Made by a program: the position numbers and the translations under genes. DNA of 64,000 nt, counting the filler, from Circinaria calcarea (lineage: Eukaryota), in assembly GCA_051942165.1 (NCBI GenBank). It is 22 parts of 22 records of this genome, joined end to end, with 100 filler letters (N's around TTAATTAATTAA, not from the genome) between each part and the next. Parts side by side here need not be neighbours in the genome. Positions count along the whole stretch, not along the records: positions 38,019 to 40,835 come from JAVECS010003236.1; positions 40,936 to 43,751 come from JAVECS010003237.1; positions 43,852 to 46,664 come from JAVECS010003238.1; positions 46,765 to 49,576 come from JAVECS010003239.1; 18 more parts are not named here. The stretch is one strand, 5' to 3'. Under the pieces are notes generated by a model. That model saw only the letters and a program-made list of their open reading frames with translations, was not told the DNA's origin and did not search any database. Below, in pieces: positions 38,082 to 49,676 of this stretch. Each line of letters begins with the position of its first letter. The first letter of the stretch is position 1.

Positions 38082-40835
38082 TCACTTCCTCGGTAGTTCC
38101 CGGAAGACCTTTTTGAAAATCTCGCGGCTCTTGTAGAGGTTCAAGAGGCGCAATCTCTCATTGTCCAAATGAGCGCTATCGCTCGCTTGACCGCAGGGGA
38201 GATGCGCGGCTGGGGCGTTGAATTCCTTTTCGAGGAAGCGGATCGCGGGGATAGAGCCGCCTTCGCGGATGTAGAGTGGCTTCTGTGGGAATGGAGCGGG
38301 CGAGTCGTCATGGCCTTTGCCATCTTTCTCGTTGGAAATCCCTTGATGACTGGGGAGGGCAATGTCACTTCCGTTTGTAAGGGTAGATGACGTCGCCGGA
38401 GGAGGCTTCGAGGCCGTGGGACTCTTGGGGGTATTGCCATGTGCTGCTCTTGCGATGCTGCTCGAGGCACGCCGCTCGGGTTGGATGGGACCCCAGACCT
38501 CCAGGATTGCTTTTTCCAACGTCTGGAAGATTTGATTGTCTGGATCACCCAGCCAGGGTTCGGCTTTATGGTCGATCTCGATCGACAGCTTGTTTGAGGA
38601 TTCCAGGACTGAGAACTGATCTTCCAGGTAGCTGATCAATGCTTGTTGTATTCGCTCCGTATCTTGGTGAGGAACGAGACGCATGCTCAGTGCTGCACTG
38701 GCAACACGAGGGATGATTGTGGAGTTTGCTGGCCCTGAAGTCTTGAAGCGATGGATTGTTAGTGATGGCTCCCTCCATCTACCTTTGAGTGAGGAGGTCA
38801 GCCTATCTGCGTCCCCTAGACTTGGGTCTCGAAGAAGTAAAGTGTTGCTGATGGCGTCATATCGGTGGTTTTCAGCTTCTGTTACAGGTAAAATGGGTTC
38901 ATAAAACTCTGGTATGTTAATGTGCCCGTTAGGTCCAATCAGTCCAGCGAGTAGCATAACCAAATCTTTCAACGGCTCGTCCATCAGCAAGCTTCCGTCG
39001 ACGCCACTGTGAAGATCCGGGTGATCACTCTCGATCTGCACGGTAGCATGGACGACTCCTCTCAGACCGTAGGTTAGGCATGGAAAGTCGTCGTTCAGCC
39101 AGTAGCTATTTGCTAACAGGATCCAGTCAACGTTACCAATCAGGCCCTTGTTTCTCTTCACAGCATTCTCGAACCCACGAGATCCACACTCTTCCTCGCC
39201 TTCAATCAAGAAGACGACGTCACAATCAAGCTTTTGCTCCGCGAGCAGATCGGCAACGGCGTACAGAGCGGCTAAAACTGGGCCTTTGTTGTCCGAAACC
39301 CCTCGCCCATACAGATATCCATCGATCCCACGCATCTCAAAAGGATCCGATCTCCACTTTTTCTTGTCGTTCTCCGCAGCTATAACGTCGTAATGGCCAT
39401 AGAATAGTATTTTCGCACCAAGTTTCTCATTCAATTCCCGGCCTTTGAAACGCGCAAAGACAATCGGATTCCTACTGTTATCCGTGTTAAGCATCTCTGC
39501 GTGCGCGCCAAATTGTTTGAAGAGGTTCCGCAAGTACGACGCTCCACGCCGGCAATCTTCAGTGTACTCAGGTTTGGAAGACACAGTTCGGTAAGAGATT
39601 AGATTACCCAATGACTCCAGCAGTTGTTCTACTTAGGGAATTAGCCCGATCGTTACTTGAGTATTCTAGCGGCCCTACCGTTGCTGATTCTAGGAGGATC
39701 TTGCGGGCGTTTGACTCCCTCACTGACATCCCAGATGGCCACACAATCATCATTGCCTCCGGTTACATAAATAGTCCGATCATTATGGGATGTAACAGCT
39801 GAAGCAAGTATCAATTCGTCATGAGCTTTCCATTCACGCAGGCATTCGTAACGTTTATCAAATTTCTATCAAGGGGATTAGCCCCATGTTCACTTATGGC
39901 TAAAGGGAAGTACTCCACCTTGGCGTATCCATTCGCGCCGCCACTAAAGATCAGGCCGTGGCCGACAGCTAATGTTAGGACGTCTGTGTTATGGGCTTTG
40001 ACCTGTCGGATGAGCTGACAAGTGTCCAGATCCCATACATTTATCTCCCCACCCAATCTGCCGCTGTATAAAAGCGTACCATCGAGCGCCATTGTCAGAA
40101 TTGAGTCGTCACCGTTCTCCAGTTTTGCGAAATGCTGAATGGCCGCCCCCGGTTTCTCACCGAGTTTCCATACGTTGATAGTCCCATCCCCACCACCAGA
40201 GAGTAGCGTTTCTTTACCAGCGTCGCTATTACAAAGCCCCTTAGCCAAGAGCATACAGTATACATAGCCGTAATGAGCGTATTGGAGTATGTCGGCTTTA
40301 TCGATTTCCAGTATTTGACCTCCATGCGCTCGGGACTCTTCAGTCTCCATCGGACGAGGAGAACGTACGCCCCCCGGGCCAGTGGAATCGAAGAATCGAT
40401 GGTTCCGTTGCGTAGGATGTGCGGTGAGGTTAGGAAGGGGCCGACAATCCTTACTGGAAAGATCATACCACTGAAGTAAATCAGCTAATGATTTCGAGAA
40501 TAGATCCTGCCTTGGATTTACCTGTATACTTGTGTTCTGCGCCCCTAGATATATTGTCTGTTGCTCCGTCGAATAAGCGACGCAGAATACATCGCCAACA
40601 TCATACGTCGAGTAGACGGAATAAACGCGACACAGCGTCTTCGTAGACCAAACCTGCGACCATTCAATCACCAAACTTATGAGTTTGTACACTTCGTCTT
40701 ACGTTGACGATAGCATCTCCCGCACTGGACAACAAGAGATTGCCATCCCGAGATATGAACAGACTCAGCACACTGCCTCTATGTGCTGTGACACTGGATA
40801 GTAGCTCGTACGTCTCCAACGACCAGACCTAGGGA
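38082..40835 (-). CDS. DUG2: WD40 + M20 peptidase, glutathione degradation protein Dug2 (5' truncated, multi-exon)
   Basis: WD repeats (YLGAQNTSIQ, LLSGGGDGTINVW). M20 motifs FYGHYDV, GRGVSDNKGP, IEGEEECGS, DLHSGVDG, IREGGSIP, DSAHLDNER. Confidence 0.95.
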
Positions 40836-40935
40836 NNNNNNNNNNNNNNNNNNNNNNNNNNNNNNNNNNNNNNNNNNNNTTAATTAATTAANNNNNNNNN
40901 NNNNNNNNNNNNNNNNNNNNNNNNNNNNNNNNNNN

Positions 40936-41610
40936 GTACCAAGAACCTTTCACATGTCATCTTGGCAACAACCATGTGGGATACTGTTACGCTTGAGCAG
41001 GGAGCGGACCGTGAAGACGAGTTGCTTTCCCAGAATAACTTCTGGGGGCAAATGAAAGCCGCCGGCTCGATGGTTAAGAGGTACAACAATACCCAGGAAG
41101 GAGCGGTCGCTATGGTTACCGAGTTGCTGGATATGTCACCCATCGTCCTGACGATCCAAAATGAGGTAGCTGTTCAGAAGAAGAAGCTCATCGACACCCA
41201 AGCTGGCCAGTCAATCAATGAAGCGCTCATGCAACTCTCGAAGAAGCACGATGCGGACCTAGCAGAGATCAAAAAGGACTTGGTGCTGGCTCTGAAAGAA
41301 AGTAAGCATGCCGCCCATCCACTCCGTACTCTCGTCTTCCGCTTCAAGCAAAGGCGTAGAGATGCTAATGCGTACGTTGACAGAGGACGATAACTGGCAA
41401 AAAGAGCTCGAAGCCGCGAGGAAAAAGCTCGCGGACCAGATCAAGGCAAACGAAGAAAGCAAGCGTGCTCTCCGTATGCCAATCAACAGCCGGGCTTGGT
41501 ATCAGCGCAGTTGGAGGTGTATAAAATGTAAAAGCAAGCTGTCAATAGACGGCGGGTCTTCAGCAAAGGGACCATGCCCGGGCTGTGGTCTCATCCAAAA
41601 CTTCATCTAG
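40936..41610 (+). CDS. Fungal P-loop GTPase (AIG1/MMR_HSR1-like), C-terminal part with coiled coil and CxxC..CxxC tail
   Basis: NLSHVILATTMWD..GADREDEL..FWGQMKAAGS, VLTIQNEV..KKLIDTQAG. Intron about 41302-41383; tail WRCIKC...CPGCG. Confidence 0.7.
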
Positions 41611-42312
41611 CACGAGAACAGGGAATTCTGTGGCTGCCCTTTGTATCCAGTTTGTCGAATGTGGTTTAGAAGTTAGAATAGGGTCTCTACCGTTAGCCGA
41701 TACCTAACTAGCCTTTAGCGAGAGCGTTTCTCGGAAGCGTTGAACGAATATTTCGAAGCTTGATGGCACACGGAAAGGAGACTCTGCTTGATGCGCATGA
41801 CTGCGAAGGAAGTCAGAGCCAATAGCTACCGACATGGCAGCTGCGGGTATATCCTGAGTCTTATGCATATGTACCGGGTTCACGGACTCCTCCTGCTTGG
41901 ATATTAATACTCCTGCCAAGGCCAAGGACGGGAGATCAACGACAGCTGGCGTGCGTCATTGGCTTTCCCATTTGGACAAAGCACAGGACTAAAGGAGGAC
42001 AATACCGTGTAGCACTAGGCATAGTAGATCTAACATATCAACGTGATCGGGATTGTCAATGCGCCGGTCGTGACAACACTTGCTGTCGTTCCCTTGCTGC
42101 ATTTGTGGACTCGACGCCACCGGAGGATATCTGACGGTGGTCATACCTTCATCGCTTCTTCACTGCCCAACCTTCAGCCCCTTCAGCTCCTTCAGCCCGT
42201 GTCAGAGGCACAAACAGGGCGCGGTCCTCCATACTCCGACCAGCCACCGGAAATCAATGGTTACATAGCAAGCCGTGTCGCGTTCTTCCCTCCTCATCAT
42301 ACTCATCCCAAC

Positions 42313-43751
42313 ATGTTACCAAAAGACCTGGTGGCGAAAAAGGAGCGCTTGACCCTCTCCCAGTTGGCCAGCTATGATGACATCTTGACCGACGCGTTAG
42401 TGGACCATGTATGTAGCCAGGCCTGAACTTACTCGCAACTGCTCCGCTGCTGAATGTGGCTAACCTGCTTCCCAGGTGTATTTCTGGACCACAATCCGGA
42501 AAAACCGCTCCAAGTACTTTCTCACCCGGGGCTTCTCCGAGGATGACGTTACGAGGATACTGCTTTACGAGGTTGTCGTCGGTAAAGATGCCCAGAAGGC
42601 GGAGACGTCCCTCTTGAAACTTCCTGGACTGCGTAAGTTTATGGACCGGCTCAAGACCGATCGTGAAAAGGAGGATTTTCGACGGCACATGCGGAAGTAC
42701 ATCAACATCTGGTTACCAGACTGTCCATTCGAGGTTTCCACTACCAACCGATACACCATCGTCACGCATGAAGCAGCGACCACAGCGAGACGCTTCATCA
42801 AGAAGGGCGAGACTATCAAGTACCTCTGCGGCAATCTCGTGGCCATGACCTCGGAGGAAGAGAAAGATCTCGACCTTACGAGGAGGGACTTTAGCATCGT
42901 CATGTCAAGTCGTAAGAAGACACCCTCGTTGTTCCTCGGTCCGGCCCGGTTTGCAAATCATGATTGCGACGCCAATGCTCGCCTGGTCACGCGAGGGTCC
43001 GAAGGCATGCAGGTGGTTGCGATTACTGATATCAACATTGACGACGAGATTACCGTGACATACGGGGAGGACTACTTTGGGATAGAAAACTGCGAGTGCC
43101 TGTGTAAGACGTGCGAAAGTGAAGGACGGAACGGATGGGCCGAGTCCGGTACGAGCAAGAGTGGAATTTCCAGTGGGACTGCAACGCCGATGGCTGAAGA
43201 GATTGACGCAACAAGCGGACCGTATTCCTTTCGGAGAAAGAGAAAGTATGGGTCATGTGGGGATCCGATATCCGGGTCTATGACGCCCGATACAGAAGAT
43301 GGGCAATCAGCCAAAAGGGTAAAGTCGACCGATCATCTCGAGGTTCCTCAGCCGCGCCACAGCCCTTCGAAGATCAAGAAGACTCCAGGTGGGTCGACCC
43401 TGCGACGTGAGCTCTTTTTCAGCGATGAGGTGATACCTAGCACAGAGATGGATTTTCAGGACGACCAATTTTTGCAAGATCCGGTCATCCAATCCGAAGA
43501 GATACATCTCACTCCCTCAGCAGAGGATTGGAGCGACCAGCTTAGAGCTGCAATTACAGGCTCCGTTTCTCAATCTCAAAGTCACGAGTTCGAATACAAC
43601 CCATACGGCAGGCATGATCTGGCATTACTCTCTCCGAAATTTATTTCGAGCACCACACAAACTGTCAATACACCGTTAGAAACGGCACTATCGCCTAACG
43701 ACTCCTTTGCAGGAGCCATTCAGGAACCTTCTACCACGCTTAGTAAAACAG
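42313..43751 (+). CDS. SET9: Histone H4K20 methyltransferase Set9 (3' truncated)
   Basis: [85 protein letters not shown]. Confidence 0.96.
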
Positions 43752-43851
43752 NNNNNNNNNNNNNNNNNNNNNNNNNNNNNNNNNNNNNNNNNNNNTTAAT
43801 TAATTAANNNNNNNNNNNNNNNNNNNNNNNNNNNNNNNNNNNNNNNNNNNN

Positions 43852-45180
43852 TTTATCACTGATCTAGAGAGGAAGGGAGTACATACATATTCAGGAAGCC
43901 ACTCGCCACATACTGTGTCACCACCAGCAGGTACAATGCGAGGCAAACCAGCTGGAACCGGCGGGCATAGGCGCAGACCTTCCTCGATGACAGCGTTGAG
44001 ATACGGAAGCTTTTGGACAGTATCGAAGTTGATCGCGGCATCACTGCTGAAAGAGCGACGGACTTCATTGACCAGGACAGCAAGCACTGATCGATTTTGT
44101 ACCAGATAATTCGTGATTCCTGAAAGTACCGTAGCAGTCGTCTCGCTTCCGGCTATAAGTAGTATGTTGAACGTAGCTCTAAATTCGCCGACTGTCATGT
44201 CACCTTTGCTATTGTGTTGGAGGATGTCGGTCATAATATCATCCCGCTGAGTTTCCATGTTCATACGGCGGTCAATCCTCTCAACAGCAAACTGGAAGTG
44301 GCCTTGTTGTTTTTTCATCACACTCTTGGGAATACACCGTCGGAGAAGTGATGATAGGATAGGATAGAACTTGACGGAGGCCATGAAAGAGCTCGCTTTA
44401 AAATGGCTGAAGATTAGCGCAACCCATGGATGCAAAGCGCTTTCTTGCAGGCAGTTAAAAGACTGGCCAAGACATAAATCGCCAATGATATCAAAGGTGG
44501 TGTAGTTGTACCACCGCACGATATCAAGAACAACGCCGGAGACTTTGGTTTCTGGTGCTGTGGCTTTCTCGCGAAGTCTTGCTATGAGCAGATCCACATA
44601 TGACGCGATCAGTGGTTCCTGAGCCCTCAGTGCCTTCTCCACAAACCCATAGCTCAGAAGCTTCCGCATGCGAGCGTGGTCGCCAGCATCCTCAACAGCC
44701 AGAATGGACTGCGGTTGGCCCGGGTTGGACGACCACCAAACCGGATTCTTGGGGAAAGGTAAATGGCCCTTGCGATGGAGGAAGATGTCGTTCCAGGCCT
44801 CGGGCTTAGCGAAGGAAATTTCGTTCGGCGCGAGGCGTACGTACGATATCGCCATATGTTTCATGAATCTTCTGAACATCATGAACCAAAGCGCCTTTCC
44901 AAAGCGAACGTATAAAAGGTAACCGGGATACTGCCCACAGCTTTGGACCAGGGTACTTGGCCAGAGGATGGTAGTAAAGGTTGTAGATGACATGCCCTAT
45001 TGGGTACTTTCATTGATATCAGCCAGGTCAAGCCCCAACGACAGGGATACGCGTTCAAGCTTGAGTCTGAAAGCGGATTGAGAGTAAACGCCTGGTACTT
45101 ACCAGCAGCAGCACTCCGAGGGTAACAAAGAGCTGCATGCCAAATCTCATATCCCCATCCGGGGAGTACAGAGTAGTCAT
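43852..45180 (-). pseudogene. Cytochrome P450 (CYP65/Tri11-like) with a 4-bp duplication frameshift, 3' truncated
   Basis: Exon 1 MTTLYSP..FVTLGVLLL, GTAAGT..AAG intron, IYNLYYHPLAKYPGPKLWA. A GTAC duplication at 44837-44844 breaks YGDIVR|LAPNEISF. Downstream AGSETTAT and EEGLRLCPPVP are intact. Confidence 0.8.
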
Positions 45181-45530
45181 CGCTGAGGGTTCGGTAGTCG
45201 TTTTGAGGATGAATCGGATAAGCTGCGAGACGATTGTACTTTTCTATCAGATCCCGACCTATCTCCTGCCAGCTCGGGGCTGTGTCATTCTGCCTTCCTG
45301 ACCGGGCTGCCACGGACGATTTGAAACAGAATACAGGGCACTGGTGCCTTTGTGTAACCGCATCTCGGTCCTAGGTGGCACAGTTTGCACTATAAACTAC
45401 GAACCTTGTTTAATTCGCCTTTTGTATTTGATATCATACATTTGTACTTATGTCTATGCTACGTACGATGATACAAGGTGGAAATATAGCTTAAATACTG
45501 CTAAAGTCTCTGGAGGTAAGGAAAGTCTTA

Positions 45531-46119
45531 GGGCCTGTTTGGTGGCACCGATTTATCTTGCGATTTATTTGAAACGTATTATTTGAAATCGTTTGAAATA
45601 ACGTATTATCTGAAATAGCAGTTAGGTGTTTGGTGCGCCCAATTCTGAATTTCTTATTGCCGCTAAAACTTCCCCCTAGCAAAGGGCCAATAACCATACT
45701 AATTATTAGTAAATTACCCCTTCGTAATGGGGATTTAAAGCTAAATATAACAGCTTAATGCGCCAACGTTGAAATTATTAAATAATTAAGGCGTATGAAA
45801 GGCCTTAAGAAAACGATTTAGGTTATCGAAAATTATAAAAATCTAACGTTAACGCATTACTATGCTATAGTTGATACGTGGATTCATAATCAATATATAT
45901 ATCGCGCTAAAAAAATAATAAGTTATTTATTTCAAGAAGTAGGTCCCGATCAACTTATTGCCAAGGCTAAATTTTTGGTGTAGGCTGATAATACGTTTCA
46001 AATAATAAGTTATTGAAATTCAACAAATTGGTCCAGCCAAACGGTCACTTGGCAATTTCAGGGTCCAATAATACGTTTCAAATAAATCGCAAAATAAATC
46101 GGTGCCACCAAACAGGCCC
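45531..46119. mobile_element. Non-autonomous PIF/Harbinger (Tourist-like) MITE, 589 bp
   Basis: 53-bp TIRs starting GGGCCTGTTTGGTGGCACCG with 1 mismatch. TTA on both flanks (45528-45530, 46120-46122). AT-rich non-coding interior. Confidence 0.9.
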
Positions 46120-46227
46120 TTATGATGCGGGTCTCAAGCGCTTACTCAACCCATACCGCCTGGTCAACTGGTAAAATCCTATATTTTGGTTCGACAAGAA
46201 TATACTCTACTTCATATCGGCACGAAT

Positions 46228-46664
46228 CTAACCCAGTTTCCCCTTCTCTGCCCTCAACTTAATCCATAGATTTGCTGTAGGGTCCGGAAAGATGTAGTCA
46301 TCCGCGGTTATGTTAATGGGCCTCTTCATACCTCACCGATATTTCAGGTCATAATTAAGTAAAATATGAGCCAAGATCATCTTGAGCTCCACAGCGGCGA
46401 AAAAACGGCCTGGACAGGAGAATTTGCCATGCCCAAAGTTTAGCTCAGAACTAGTTGTCATGGTGAGCTGATGGCGATTAGCTTCCCCGGAGGCATTACG
46501 CAAACGGTAAAAGCGTAAGGGGTAAAATTCGGTAGGGTTAGGAATGACGGTAGGGTCCATCAGGATAGGGGCAGAGGCAACAACGAAATGCGTACCCCTA
46601 GGAAGACAGATACCATCGGATAGCGTTAGTGGCTCCATTGCAACCCGATTGAAAGCGACTACTA
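46228..46664 (-). pseudogene. 3' end of a cytochrome P450 (ent-kaurene-oxidase-like) with an in-frame TGA before the conserved tail
   Basis: Heme motif FGHGKFSCPGRFFA, then ILLNYDLKYR*GMKRPINITADDYIFPDPTANLWIKLR..*. TGA at 46333-46335; the likely natural TAG is at 46228-46230. Confidence 0.7.
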
Positions 46665-49027
46665 NNNNNNNNNNNNNNNNNNNNNNNNNNNNNNNNNNNN
46701 NNNNNNNNTTAATTAATTAANNNNNNNNNNNNNNNNNNNNNNNNNNNNNNNNNNNNNNNNNNNNCGTCGAATTCAGCTAGGAGCATGGCGTGTTTGTATC
46801 AATATCCCTGTACGTACTAGCGGGTTCGATGAAGCGAGGGTCTAGGCATGGGCAGGAGCTGGCTGCTTTGGGCGTTTAAACAAAAGTTATGGGCACCGAT
46901 AAACCATTCCAATCTACGTAATGCATGAGTCAGTTACCAACAAAGTCTCTAGGCTAGAACGATGTCATCACTCCAGCTATACGCATATATCTGCGGAGCT
47001 TGGCTGACATGACACACGCGGTGGAATGGAATCAACAGCCGGCTAGGGAATGCCTTCCGCCCCTGGGTCAGACAAACCAAGCTACTTATCTTTGCAGTGT
47101 CGGCTAGTTGAATACATTTGGTTGAATACACGTTCAGTTGAATACATTCGGTGGGCCTTATCATGCTTCATAGGTGGTGGAACGTCTTAGCACGAGTTCA
47201 CTAGTGGCAGGAGTCACTTCCCTTCTATGTGTACCACGGCTTTGTCTTCTTGTGTACGGCATCTGGACTGCTGCATTCGAACCCGATGAGGCACCGAAGT
47301 GTTTTTCCCGATGGATCTCGCAGCAGGGGATTGAAACATGAAGCTCCATGGTCGCTAATATCTTCTTTTTTCCCTTTTTCCTTACTGGCGCACAATGATC
47401 CATGCAGCATTCCACCTCCAACCCCGGCAGCAATGCACGTGTCAAGGACACCTATCGGCCAGAATGTTGAGTGTTCAACAACGCCGATGCAGGGGTTTCC
47501 CACACCATCCCTCCTTTAGAGTACCCGACTAATCTAAAGTAAGGAGCTGACACGCTGGCTCCGGCTTGTAAGGTGCATAATCATTATGCAAGACATCCCT
47601 TGGCGCCCGTGTCTGTGCTCCGCCCCCCCTAGCACACGGCGCCACTCAACCGAAGATGGCGGCGCTTCGGCCGCTTGTGTATCAAAAGACAGAGTAGGTA
47701 GGAATGACGGCGATGGATACGATGGTAAGGTCTGAGCTCCCGGATCTACCCACTCCCCATTTCGCATTGAGCCTACGGATGTTTCATGCGGAGGGAAATG
47801 GAACCGTCGGCAGGCTTGCGAAGCATGCGACAACTAAATGCTTCGATACCAAAGACCCTTTACGCTGCATGCCGGTCAGAAGTTCCAGCCATGCGCGGCT
47901 TGTCGCTAATCCTGCAGTTCGACATACATCAGATACCCGTCAACCTCAACTCCCAATCACATCTCTCTGGCTCTCCATTCTAGCGTCAGCCTACCCTTTT
48001 ATCCGATAGATCTCGCAGCCGGCCTCCCGCCAGATTTGCACGTTCTGGCACGCGTCGAATCGATGAGGTGCGCGAAGAAATCTTGCAGTGATATCCGAAG
48101 CCTCCCAGAGTTGTCTGGACAAGATCACTGTGGGGGGGGGGAAGCTCGATAACCGCTATGGGTGAAGGCTATCACAATCGGCATTGATGAGCAGCGCTCA
48201 GACCCTGTCGATGCAACTGCGGGGCCGAAGATCATGTGATGCACCCGTCTCGTCGGTGCTCGGTATATGATTCCCTCGAGTGACGGATAAAGAAAGAGGC
48301 TCAATTGGAGGGAAGAGGTGGAGAAGACTGACGGCAAGTTCCATAGTACCCCAAGCTAAGCTCCTCCAATGCGCTGCGTGACTGGACAGAAACTCGGGCA
48401 GAGAGGGGTACTTGAACTAGCGACTCCTGCTACCAAAAGATACGACCATCTGTTGGGCCATGCACATACCACCGCAGTAGAGCGGGTCGTAGCTCGCATG
48501 TACTGATACGACCAGCCCAGGTATCCCCCGGTCTGGCCTAATGATATCGTTGCTTCTACCTGCACAGGACAAGAATACCTACCTAAATCAGGTAGCCTCA
48601 ACATACCGAGCGAGCGGATCTAACCCCACGTGCCTTGATTGCGGTCCAGTGCTGCTGGTACCTTGATAGATTTGCAGTAGTCGCGATAGCAACTCCATCT
48701 ACCACTATACTATCGGTTTAGGGGCCGCATGAGCAAATACAAATAGCTGCCAACTAACAATGGATCGTCGATCTGATCTTTCTCATCCATTTGATAGCAC
48801 AGTGAATGGGAAGTTCCGCAAATGGAGCCATGAGGGATGTAAGGAGTACCGTATAGGTCTACAAGAAACTAACCCTAATCTCAAGCCCTGTTCTTGTTAA
48901 GGCTGATGATCCGAGGCGCTAATGGCCTCGTCATACGGGCGATCAAGGGACCTTCCAGCCAGGAACCGCAGAGCTTGATGCCGTTCCCAGTCCCTACGGA
49001 ATACGTATCGAGCAGAGAATGACCAGA

Positions 49028-49576
49028 ATGTATTCCTCTCCCAAGCAGCAGCCTTACGCACCCACGCCGTACAGCTACACCCCGAATCCTACGCTATCAG
49101 CAACCATCAACCTCGACGAGGTAACTCCCTTCCTCCCGGCTGGGTCCGATTTACTCTTAGACATTTAGCTGAACCAAATGTCCTCAGGAAGTCAAGCTGT
49201 CCACCAACGGTGCCGAGCGCGATCTCTACGACTCCTTGGCCGTCATCTACAGCATCATCATCACGCTCGACGGGCTCGAAAAGGCCTACATCAAGGATTC
49301 GATCACCGAGGCCGAGTACACGGAGACGTGTAGTCGGCTGCTGAAGCAGTACAAGTCTACCTTGAGCGACGAGACCGTCGCGGATGAATTCGTCGACCTG
49401 GAGACCTTTAAGCAGGAATGGGATGTAAGATGCCTCCCCGTACCTATCACGACCTTCCGGGTCCTCTAGCCAAAACCTAATCCACAGGCTGAAAAAACCC
49501 TTTCTCTAGATCGAATGCCCCCGCGCCACCGAACGTCTCCGCGTCGGCCTCCCAGCCACAATCTCCCACCCTACCC
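49028..49576 (+). CDS. VPS28: ESCRT-I subunit Vps28 (3' truncated)
   Basis: PYAPTPYSY..LSATINLDE|EVKL..ERDLYDSLAVIYSIIITLDGLEKAYIKD..YTETCSRLLKQYK, |IECPRATERLRVGLPAT. Confidence 0.95.
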
Positions 49577-49676
49577 NNNNNNNNNNNNNNNNNNNNNNNN
49601 NNNNNNNNNNNNNNNNNNNNTTAATTAATTAANNNNNNNNNNNNNNNNNNNNNNNNNNNNNNNNNNNNNNNNNNNN

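Noticed and set aside
26341..40835. Sulfur-metabolism cluster (MET16 with DUG2) or other cross-contig gene clusters
   Set aside because: The genes sit on different contigs placed near each other only by length sorting.
48869..48878. CTAACCCTAA as a telomerase RNA template
   Set aside because: It lies about 150 bp upstream of VPS28 on the same strand, leaving no room for a long RNA, and no pseudoknot was recognised. At most a telomeric-repeat-type promoter site.
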